From: Nanobdellota archaeon
GTDB taxonomy: Archaea > Nanobdellota > Nanobdellia > Parvarchaeales > Parvarchaeaceae
Length of the DNA stretch: 41,633 bases
Direction of reading: 5' to 3'
Assembly: GCA_021850635.1 (NCBI GenBank)
Contig: JAJZLM010000003.1
Span: 1-41,633 of the forward strand
Shown here: positions 28,106-36,268 of the stretch, piece after piece
Position numbering within the stretch: the stretch's first letter is position 1
Layout: the number at the start of each line of letters is the position of its first letter
Position numbers and translations under genes: made by a program
The notes under the pieces: generated by a model
What the model saw: the letters and a program-made list of their open reading frames with translations, nothing else
The model's database searches: none
What the model was told of the DNA's origin: nothing

Positions 28106-30514
28106 ATGGACACGAAAGCCTTCGATAGCCTAAGCGTTGAAGAAACATTGGAACGGCTGAACAGCAGCCCCGCGGGCATCTCGGACGAAGAAGCGGAGTC
28201 CAGGCTGAAACAATATGGGTTCAACGAAGTCGTAGGTAAAAAACAGAGTGTCGTGCTGAAGTTTCTATCTAAGTTTGCAAGCACAATCTCGATAATACTA
28301 TATATAGTAATAGTCATCGCTGTTTACCTCGGTGATTACATAGACGCGTACATCATAGCGGGTCTTGTAATATTCAATGGAATAACGTCCTTTCTGGAGG
28401 AGTACAAGGCAGACAACACAGTCGAGCAGCTAAAAAGCAAACTAGCAGTAATAGTAAAATTAAAAAGAAGCGGAGAATGGAAGATAGTGCCTGCAAAAAT
28501 GCTCGTGCCGGGAGATATAATAAGGGTACGTATGGGGGATATCGTGCCCGCAGACGCGAAGATAATAGAGAGCGATTACCTTTCCGTAGACCAGTCTATG
28601 CTCACGGGAGAGTCTCTTCCTGTAGATAAAAACATCGGGGAGATAGCCTTTTCATCGTCCATAGTAAGGGAAGGAGAAGCTACAGCGGTAGTAATCTCCA
28701 CAGGTAAGAGCACGGCTTTCGGTAAGACAGCAGAACTGATAAACACAGCAAAAACAAAAACGCACCTAGAGTCCGAGATATTCAAGCTTCTGAAGTACCT
28801 TATGTTTCTGGATGCAGCTCTTATCGTAGGTGTTTTGGTAGGGTCGTATGCATTCGGTATGCATTTGCTGTCTATAGTGCCTTTCGCCCTGCTTCTGTTG
28901 CTTACTTCCGTGCCTGTTGCCCTCCCTGCAGCCTTTACCGTCGCGATGGCTTACGGTGCGCAAAGACTGTCCTCAAATAATATATTGATCACAAAACTCG
29001 AGTCCATAGAAGAAGCATCTACGATGAATATTGTATGCCTGGATAAGACGGGTACAATAACCAAGAATGAGCTGTCTATATCGGACCCTATACATGCAGG
29101 CAGTTTTTCAGAGGATGAAGTCTTAATGTACGGTTCGATGGCCTCGCGCGAAGAGGATAATGACCAGATAGACCTAGCGATAATAAAAGGAGCAAAGAAA
29201 AGAGGGATAAAGTCTTCTGGTTATGAACAGGTCTCATTTAAACCATTTACTCCAACCACAAAGATATCCAGCGCTGTACTGACGTTAAATGGGAAAAGAA
29301 TCGAAGTTGCAAAAGGTTTTCCAAAAGTAATAATAGGGATGTGCGGATCATCAGCCGGGGAGCTGGACAGCATAGCTTCTAATATTAAGAATCTGGAATC
29401 TAGAGGGTTCAGAACGATAGCCGTAGCTTACAAAGCGGACGTCGGATGGAAGCTAGTCGGGATAATACCATTAAATGACAAGCCTAGGGAAGACAGCAAG
29501 GAGCTTATAGACGAGCTGAAATCTTTGAACTTGCAGGTGAAGATGCTGACAGGCGACAATGTCGATGTCGCCAGGGTTATAGCTGAAGAAGTAGACATCG
29601 GTTCAAACATACTGGACTTAGGTGCTCTAAACGGCAAAAACGAGAGCGAGATAAATGACATGATTAAAAATGCGGACGGATTCGCAGGGGTTTTCCCGAA
29701 AGATAAATACACTGTAGTGAAAGCTCTACAAGACTCCGGCTTTCACGTCGGTATGACAGGCGATGGAGTCAACGATGCTCCGGCGCTGAAGCAGGCAGAA
29801 GTAGGCATAGCGGTCCTAAACTCTACGGACGTGGCCAAGAGCGCATCAGACATAGTCCTAACTTCGGACGGTATAGAACCTATAGTAAGCGCCGTTAAGG
29901 AGAGCCGTTCCATATTTGAAAGGATGGTTACTTATACGATAAAGAAAGTATCCAGAGTACTGAACCTGTCTATATTCCTATCTATCGCTTTCCTACTGTT
30001 GAAGTTCCTGCCTATATTGCCTACCCAGCTTGTACTTTCTATATTCTTGAGTGATATAGGAAGCATAAGTCTTTCAACGGACAATGAGCAGTACTCGGGC
30101 AGACCAGACACATGGAGTATAAAATCGATATTCTTAGTCTCTTTGATATTCGGCGTAGCCGCGCTCATAGAGGTTTCTTTGCTTTCGTATATAGCGCTAG
30201 GCTATTTAGGGTTTAATCACGGACAGTTCCAGACGCTGGTATTTCTTATATTCATAGTCTCTATGGAGATAACTACTCTGTCTATGAGGGAGAGAAAGAG
30301 TTTCTGGTCGTCTATGCCCAGCAAAGCAGTGCTTTTACAGATAATCTTATCCGTAAGCATAGTCATCGTACTTGCATATTATGGTATATTGATGACACCG
30401 ATAAGTCTTGCGTACATATTACTGACTTTAGGGCTAACAGTAGTGTTCCTGTTCTTTGTGGACGGCATGAAGCTGCTCGTGTTCAAAAGATTCCCCACGT
30501 TCATGTCGATATAG
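28106..30514 (+). CDS. P-type ATPase, P3A plasma-membrane H+-efflux type
   Basis: TGES, DKTGT, TGDGVNDAPALK, M4 PVALPA, acidic M6 FLSDIGSISLSTD; about 800 aa with no regulatory tail. Confidence 0.88.
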   Translation: MDTKAFDSLSVEETLERLNSSPAGISDEEAESRLKQYGFNEVVGKKQSVVLKFLSKFASTISIILYIVIVIAVYLGDYIDAYIIAGLVIFNGITSFLEEYKADNTVEQLKSKLAVIVKLKRSGEWKIVPAKMLVPGDIIRVRMGDIVPADAKIIESDYLSVDQSMLTGESLPVDKNIGEIAFSSSIVREGEATAVVISTGKSTAFGKTAELINTAKTKTHLESEIFKLLKYLMFLDAALIVGVLVGSYAFGMHLLSIVPFALLLLLTSVPVALPAAFTVAMAYGAQRLSSNNILITKLESIEEASTMNIVCLDKTGTITKNELSISDPIHAGSFSEDEVLMYGSMASREEDNDQIDLAIIKGAKKRGIKSSGYEQVSFKPFTPTTKISSAVLTLNGKRIEVAKGFPKVIIGMCGSSAGELDSIASNIKNLESRGFRTIAVAYKADVGWKLVGIIPLNDKPREDSKELIDELKSLNLQVKMLTGDNVDVARVIAEEVDIGSNILDLGALNGKNESEINDMIKNADGFAGVFPKDKYTVVKALQDSGFHVGMTGDGVNDAPALKQAEVGIAVLNSTDVAKSASDIVLTSDGIEPIVSAVKESRSIFERMVTYTIKKVSRVLNLSIFLSIAFLLLKFLPILPTQLVLSIFLSDIGSISLSTDNEQYSGRPDTWSIKSIFLVSLIFGVAALIEVSLLSYIALGYLGFNHGQFQTLVFLIFIVSMEITTLSMRERKSFWSSMPSKAVLLQIILSVSIVIVLAYYGILMTPISLAYILLTLGLTVVFLFFVDGMKLLVFKRFPTFMSI

Positions 30515-30758
30515 ATTATAAGGAGTTTCTAATTTTGAGCTGGTTTAAGTGGTACTGCACCATTTTTGCTTGAATATTCGTGAACACGAATCTTTGAGTG
30601 ATACTTTGCATTTAATCGACCGATTTAAAAAGCGCTTATCTTCTCTTAATTTGTTGAGATCTTACTCGTTTTTAAAACACTATATATATGTTAATTTACA
30701 CCTGGCTTGCTACGCAGAAAACACCAGCCAATCCATCTATGCTGATAGAATATCTGTA

Positions 30759-31388
30759 TTATACTCCCACGCTACCATATTCCCATAAGTATATGCATGC
30801 TACTGTGCTGTAAGGATGCCATAACCTTTCCAGTTTATCGAATCTTTCTTTGGTCGGATATTTTTTTAACTTGTACAGCCTCTTTATGCCATTTCTTATC
30901 CCAAGGTCATCCCTGGCGAGGACGTCTGTCCTGCCTAGACTGAATATAAGGAACATCTCCGCGGTCCATCTGCCTATCCCCTTTACTCCATCTAATTCAT
31001 TTATCACTGTTTCGTTAGGCAACCTGTTGAACTTTTTTAGCTCTACGCGCCCGTCAAGTATTCTTTCTGACAGATCCTTTATGTAAGATATTTTCTGTGG
31101 TGACAACCCAGCCGAAGAAAGCTGCTTATTAGAGGTATGCAGGTACTCTCTCGGCGTCGGCATCCTCCCACCGCATATCTCTTCCAATCGCTTTCTTATA
31201 GATTCAGCCGCAGCTCCGGATATTTGTTGGGAGATTATAGAGCGCACCAGAGTGCCAAAATAATCCGAATGTCTGTTTATGCGGATATATCCGATTCTGT
31301 CTATCACTCTTCCGATTGTTTTGTCTCTTTTTTTAAGGGATCTCATCGCCTCGAGCCATACTTCTTTTTTTGATATCGAATCAAACAT
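30759..31388 (-). CDS. alkA: DNA-3-methyladenine glycosylase II (AlkA/HhH-GPD)
   Basis: IISQQIS, GLSPQK, VKGIGRWTAEMFLIFSLGR.DV, WHPY. Confidence 0.92.
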   Translation of the reverse strand: MFDSISKKEVWLEAMRSLKKRDKTIGRVIDRIGYIRINRHSDYFGTLVRSIISQQISGAAAESIRKRLEEICGGRMPTPREYLHTSNKQLSSAGLSPQKISYIKDLSERILDGRVELKKFNRLPNETVINELDGVKGIGRWTAEMFLIFSLGRTDVLARDDLGIRNGIKRLYKLKKYPTKERFDKLERLWHPYSTVACIYLWEYGSVGV

Positions 31389-31436
31389 AAAAAAGATTAA
31401 TACCTCATGAACTATATATAGTACTGTTATTGTAGT

Positions 31437-32054
31437 ATGGATAGTTATAAGAAAAGACCAGCGCCAGGCGAGCATTACATAAAAGACTTCATAATATACG
31501 ACGCTTTGGGTGGCAAGGAAATAGATAGAGGCAAGTGGTCGCTTAAACTAACAGGCTTAGTGGAAAATAAATTGACGCTGTCATACGCGGATCTGTTGAA
31601 AAGAAGAGAAGTATCTTACATAGAGGATTTCAACTGCGTGACTGGATGGGCCGTTAAGGACGTGAGATGGGGAGGTGTTTCACTTCGGGATATAATCACA
31701 GAGGCGAAACCGACTAAGGACGCAAAGTGGGCAATGTTCAAATGTGCAGACGGGTATTCGACTCCAGTCAAGCTGGAAGACGTTCTATCCGGCGGGTCGA
31801 TCATCGCTCTAAAAATAAATGACAAGCCCCTGACATTCGAGCAGGGGGCCCCTGCGAGACCTTTCATACCCAGCCTATACGGATGGAAGAGCGCGAAATG
31901 GCTCACAGAGGTAGAACTGATCCAAGATTACGAAGATGGTTACTGGGAAAGATACGGTTATCATCAGCGTGGCAGAGTAGCAGAAGAAGAGCGATTCCAG
32001 AGCTACGAATGGAAGAATATAAAGAAGCACGTACGCAGGATTCTGAGGCTATGA
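31437..32054 (+). CDS. Sulfite-oxidase-family molybdopterin oxidoreductase
   Basis: DFNCVTGW, WGGV, DGYST, GAPAR, YGWKSAKWL, GYWE..GYH. Confidence 0.9.
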   Translation: MDSYKKRPAPGEHYIKDFIIYDALGGKEIDRGKWSLKLTGLVENKLTLSYADLLKRREVSYIEDFNCVTGWAVKDVRWGGVSLRDIITEAKPTKDAKWAMFKCADGYSTPVKLEDVLSGGSIIALKINDKPLTFEQGAPARPFIPSLYGWKSAKWLTEVELIQDYEDGYWERYGYHQRGRVAEEERFQSYEWKNIKKHVRRILRL

Positions 32055-32602
32055 CTGAAAATAGAAAGCATATCTCCAAGAGGAGGAGATTGCTCGTGCT
32101 CGATTTTGATGATACTTTATTTTTCACAGAAGAAGCTCTATCGCTGGCTTCGGAGGAAGTATTCGGAAAAAGGATACCTGTTTCCGAGATAAGGAAGATG
32201 GAAAATGCGGTGAAACAGCCATTTTATGAACACACCGCCGTGAAATACAAGGAGTATCTAAAGCCGAACGGTAGACTTATAGGGTTGTCTAAGACACTCA
32301 AGCTAAAAGGGTACGAAGTAATAGTCCTAAGCGGAAGGCACGAAGGCCAATTGGAAGAAACAAAATACAGCCTAGACCTGCATAAAATCCCTTACAAGGC
32401 GATAATACTCTCTAAGAAAGGCAGGACCATAAGCAATGCCGAGTGGAAAGCAAGAGCCTTATCTGAATATATTCCACGTTACCACGAGATACTTTTTTTC
32501 GATGACGATATCGCTAACATAAAGTTTATAAAGAAAAAATTCGCGGGTAAAAACATCAGATTTTTCCTCGTGAACAAGAGAGGAGAAAGAGAGATAAAGT
32601 AA
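32051..32602 (+). CDS. HAD-superfamily phosphatase (paralog 1)
   Basis: LDFDDTL, LSGR, WK, FDDD; ATG overlaps the upstream stop (ATGA). Confidence 0.82.
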   Translation: MTENRKHISKRRRLLVLDFDDTLFFTEEALSLASEEVFGKRIPVSEIRKMENAVKQPFYEHTAVKYKEYLKPNGRLIGLSKTLKLKGYEVIVLSGRHEGQLEETKYSLDLHKIPYKAIILSKKGRTISNAEWKARALSEYIPRYHEILFFDDDIANIKFIKKKFAGKNIRFFLVNKRGEREIK

Positions 32603-32663
32603 GTTAGTGATACAAAGTGCGCTGCAGATACTGATTTAAACTATAATGATTCTATAAATCTGT

Positions 32664-33233
32664 ATGTCCGTTAAAAAAGGCCCTAAGAGGACAAAATCTA
32701 ATAGAGCCAGGAGAAAACTAATAGTCTCAGACTTAGACGGTACCATCTTCTTCATAGATAACAGCATAATTTTAGCATCGATGGAGCTGCTCGGTATGCC
32801 GTTTGATAGGAAAAAAGTTAGCAAACTGGAGATGTCGATAAAAAGAAACATCTATAATCTGGCGTTCTCAAAGTACAGCGATAATCTAGAACCTAACATA
32901 AGTTTAATGGAAAAATTCTTTAAAATGAAAAGAGAAGGGTACGAACTGATAATCTTAAGTGCAAGAGAAGAGACTTTAAGGAAACAAGCCGAAAGAAATT
33001 TGAGCATCTATGGGATAGAGTACGATAAGATGATACTACAGAAAGAACCATGGGATATCAACATCGAGAAATGGAAAGCTACCATCATAGAGGAGTATGT
33101 AGGCGGCTACGACGAGATACTTCTGTTTGAAGACACACAGAAGAACATAGACGAGATAAGGGAAAAACTAGGTGGTAGGTACATAAAGTATTTTCATGTC
33201 GATAAAAATGGAGTGAAAGAGCTAAAAGAGTGA
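32664..33233 (+). CDS. HAD-superfamily phosphatase (paralog 2)
   Basis: SDLDGTI, LSAR, WK, FED; colinear with 32051-32602. Confidence 0.82.
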   Translation: MSVKKGPKRTKSNRARRKLIVSDLDGTIFFIDNSIILASMELLGMPFDRKKVSKLEMSIKRNIYNLAFSKYSDNLEPNISLMEKFFKMKREGYELIILSAREETLRKQAERNLSIYGIEYDKMILQKEPWDINIEKWKATIIEEYVGGYDEILLFEDTQKNIDEIREKLGGRYIKYFHVDKNGVKELKE

Positions 33234-33237
33234 TTTT

Positions 33238-34146
33238 ATGGTAACCGCTCTAATTTCGTCAAAGGAACTGAAAAGCGATGCGCTCAACTCCATAATCTCA
33301 AAGAAACTAGACAATATCAACGGAGTCCAGATAGCTCTGGATAAAAAAGGAGGGGTAATAGTGTATTCTTTGGATTATCCCACGTCGGTCAACGCGATGA
33401 TGCGTGCACTGTCCATAGCAGACGACGCAATATTCGTGATAAACGATGAGATCACCGCTATAGACGCAGAATTGGCCCTCGCCGTCGAAAACTCCGATAT
33501 AGATACAGTGATTCCGGTAAAATTAGAGTATTCAGATGAGAGCAGCTTTTCCAAATTGTTTGGAAACTACAAAGTAGGTAGGTCTAAGATCATCACAATG
33601 AAAGAAGCGGCGGAACTGCCTAAGATTGAGAGACGAAGTCCTGATTTTTCTTATGTATCTGTAGACAAGCATTTCATAGTCAAGGGGATAGGCAGCGTCA
33701 TAATAGGGTTCAACCTCGGCGGGACAGTAAAGAAAGGGGATAAGCTGCATCTTCTTCCAACATTAAAAGACGTTTCTATAAAGAGTATACAGATAATGGA
33801 TGTGGACTCCCAAACAGCAAGCAGCGGCCAGCACGTGGGGTTAGCGTTAAACAATATAAATGGGGAGGACCTTTCTGAGAACTACGCAGTGTCATCTATA
33901 GGCTCTGTGGCTGAAAAGTTCAGCTGCAAGTTTGACAAGTCAAAATTCTATAGTATAGAGACTTTAGCCGATAGGGACCTCGGGTGTGCGTTGCTCGGAA
34001 AGAATTTCAGCGTTTCCATAGAAGAAGCAGACACTTCTATAAGATTCAATAGACCTGTGCCTAAAATCGGCGGTAAACATCTTATAATGGACGCGAGTTT
34101 ATCAGTAGGCAAGAACAGAGTAGTAGGCAGCTTCGAATTCGCGTGA
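33238..34146 (+). CDS. SelB/EF-Tu-like protein with degenerate G domain (aSelBL-like)
   Basis: Domain II VDKHFIVKGIGSVIIG..GTVKKGD...IKSIQIMD...GQHVGLAL; no P-loop in the N-terminal part. Confidence 0.8.
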   Translation: MVTALISSKELKSDALNSIISKKLDNINGVQIALDKKGGVIVYSLDYPTSVNAMMRALSIADDAIFVINDEITAIDAELALAVENSDIDTVIPVKLEYSDESSFSKLFGNYKVGRSKIITMKEAAELPKIERRSPDFSYVSVDKHFIVKGIGSVIIGFNLGGTVKKGDKLHLLPTLKDVSIKSIQIMDVDSQTASSGQHVGLALNNINGEDLSENYAVSSIGSVAEKFSCKFDKSKFYSIETLADRDLGCALLGKNFSVSIEEADTSIRFNRPVPKIGGKHLIMDASLSVGKNRVVGSFEFA

Positions 34147-34191
34147 CATCCTCCCACCTCTAAAGAGTGTGGGTTTTCCCGCTCACATTTG
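34143..34191 (-). mobile_element. 49-bp single-hairpin IS200/IS605 derivative, copy 2
   Basis: Exact reverse complement of 24239-24287; target TTAT (ATAA at 34192-34195); supplies the TGA stop of the upstream gene. Confidence 0.9.
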
Positions 34192-34207
34192 ATAAGAATG
34201 CGCGCAC

Positions 34208-34221
34208 AAAAGCTTTATATA
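34208..34221 (+). promoter_or_regulatory. BRE-TATA promoter
   Basis: AAAAGC-TTTATATA about 40 nt upstream of the 34261 ORF. Confidence 0.55.
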
Positions 34222-34260
34222 TACCTAATAATCATTATATGGTAGTAAAACTATAATAAT

Positions 34261-35118
34261 ATGGCAGGAAACGGAACAAATACGGGTCAAAGCGGTTCGA
34301 AGGCTAATAAGCTTAGTTTGGAGCAGGTACTAGGCGCCAGCAATTTCGATGCATATAAACAGATAGCGACGGTCATAGACAGCTACATGCAGACGAAGGA
34401 TCATCCAGGTTTCAGCGTGGTCAACATGGGCAATTATATGTATAACGCCTTGTTGACTATCTCAAAGGAAGTGACGGACCCAGCCCTAGCAGCGATGCTC
34501 GAGATGAAGAGGCACGCGCTTGAAGAATCTATAAAATACAAGACTATCACCAAAGAATCCCTTGACGGGATAGCGAACTATCTTAAGGACTTTCTGCCAC
34601 CTTATCTAGATAAAATAAAAGACAGTATCGGAGCGGACAATCATAAGAGTATGGCTATGGGTATAATGTTGAATATAGGCAAGTATCCCGATGAGTTCAA
34701 GAAGATATCATCGGTTAAAGGAGGAGCCAAGCCTGCTCAGCTTTCGCTTATATTAGATGAATTAAACAACGATTTGAACAACAATGATACTTCAAAAATC
34801 GCATCTTATTACAAGAAATTATCGTCTCCTGAAGTGGAAAAAGCATATGTAAAGTTAGGAATGACTCCGGACAATGCAAAAAAAGCGTTTGTGGACGGCA
34901 ATAAATGCTACGCTGATCTGGTAAATTCCTTGAGCGAAAATGCAAAGATAGAACACATGACCTACGTGCAAAAGATACTTATGAGTGAAATATACAGACA
35001 GAGCAAGAACATAGACGGAGATGCGCTAAAACAAGCGCTCGAGAGCTCTGACCCAGTGAACTACCTGAATATGTTGCCTTTAGCTGTAAAACAAGGCAGC
35101 AACTATTTGGGTGTCTAG
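34261..35118 (+). CDS. Hypothetical soluble, probably all-alpha protein
   Basis: 285 aa ORF with its own promoter; no recognisable motif. Confidence 0.75.
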   Translation: MAGNGTNTGQSGSKANKLSLEQVLGASNFDAYKQIATVIDSYMQTKDHPGFSVVNMGNYMYNALLTISKEVTDPALAAMLEMKRHALEESIKYKTITKESLDGIANYLKDFLPPYLDKIKDSIGADNHKSMAMGIMLNIGKYPDEFKKISSVKGGAKPAQLSLILDELNNDLNNNDTSKIASYYKKLSSPEVEKAYVKLGMTPDNAKKAFVDGNKCYADLVNSLSENAKIEHMTYVQKILMSEIYRQSKNIDGDALKQALESSDPVNYLNMLPLAVKQGSNYLGV

Positions 35119-35134
35119 ATAAGAAGCACGATAT

Positions 35135-35821
35135 TCACTTCAAAAGATACGGCTCTAGATCTTCTGCGTTTATTATAGGTTTGTCCAGTTTCTTCGCATC
35201 GTCTATGGCTATCCTCTGACAGGCAGTGTTGATGAATATATCTATTTTCCTGAATTCGTTCAGCCTAGCGTAATCTATCTCGTCCTGCACTACCGTATAC
35301 ACCGATGCTCCTTTTCTGCGAAAAGCTTCCTTGAGCAGTTCTACCCCGTATATCTGCCCGACTTTAGTGGACTCTATGAACATCACGCTCCTAGCATTAA
35401 GTGCTATGCCTATTCCTTGCAGAATACTCTTCCTGTATTTTTCCGCCGTGTTTTTGTCTATGACTTCGACGGTCTCGCTTTCTGGATCTGCATTTATCAC
35501 GCTCTTTCCGTATTTTATAGGTATACCGAGGACGTGAAACATCCCTTGGGTGAATGACAGGGTCGCATCGCAGTCGCTGCAATCTGCAGCGTAAACGTCG
35601 CAACCAAGTATCTGTCCCGGGTATCTTGCTCTGTACATCGAGCTCTTGACAACGAACTCCTTTTCTGGGGTTTTTGCTATAAAGTCGTTCATCTGGTCTA
35701 TGAACTGTATAGAGCATACCACGTTTATCTTGTTATAAGGGGATATAGCGTTCCTTATCTTCTTGTAGAAAGTATCGCTTAGCGCTCCTTTGAACCTTGC
35801 TTCTATAAACATCATTTCCAT
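35135..35821 (-). CDS. dph2: Diphthamide synthesis Dph2, domains 2-3 (split gene, part 2)
   Basis: Starts at FIEA; CSIQF, PGQILGCD, GMFH, STKVGQ, INTACQRIAIDD, KPII: second and third Fe-S Cys. Confidence 0.88.
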   Translation of the reverse strand: MEMMFIEARFKGALSDTFYKKIRNAISPYNKINVVCSIQFIDQMNDFIAKTPEKEFVVKSSMYRARYPGQILGCDVYAADCSDCDATLSFTQGMFHVLGIPIKYGKSVINADPESETVEVIDKNTAEKYRKSILQGIGIALNARSVMFIESTKVGQIYGVELLKEAFRRKGASVYTVVQDEIDYARLNEFRKIDIFINTACQRIAIDDAKKLDKPIINAEDLEPYLLK

Positions 35822-35878
35822 ACAGATGTATATTTAGTAAAAACATATTTATATACTAGTTGAAAGTTAATGTAATCT

Positions 35879-36268
35879 ATGGAAACCAAGATAGTATTAA
35901 GCGATCCGAAAACAGGCAAGTCATACAATAAAACGCTGTCCTCTGACGAATCTACGTCTATTATGAGTAGAAAGTTAGGTGAGGAGATAGAGCTGTCGTT
36001 TTTAGGCCTTGACGGTTATTCTGCTGTTGTGACCGGTGGCAGTTACATGACGGGAACCCCTATGCGTAAAGAGATAGAAGGCATAGGTCTCAAATCTGCG
36101 CTGCTAAGTGGTGGCGTAGGCAATAGACAGGGGATAAAAAGGAGAAAAAGTGTAGCTGGAAACACTATCAGTCAATTCACGTCGCAAGTCAACCTCAAGA
36201 TAGTGAAGTACGGACAGAAGCCTCTGGAGGAAATATTCTCCGCAAAGACTGAGAGTCAGAATGGTTAA
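35879..36268 (+). CDS. rps6e: 30S ribosomal protein S6e
   Basis: KIVLSDPKTGKSY, VTGGS..GTPMR, RRKSVAGNTI. Confidence 0.95.
   Translation: METKIVLSDPKTGKSYNKTLSSDESTSIMSRKLGEEIELSFLGLDGYSAVVTGGSYMTGTPMRKEIEGIGLKSALLSGGVGNRQGIKRRKSVAGNTISQFTSQVNLKIVKYGQKPLEEIFSAKTESQNG

Noticed and set aside
30549-30788. 79-aa ORF in the intergenic gap
   Set aside because: GTG start, atypical composition, overlaps alkA, no motif.
31883-32050. Long N-terminal extension of HAD paralog 1
   Set aside because: Overlaps the oxidoreductase in another frame; ATG 32051 aligns with the paralog and forms an ATGA junction.
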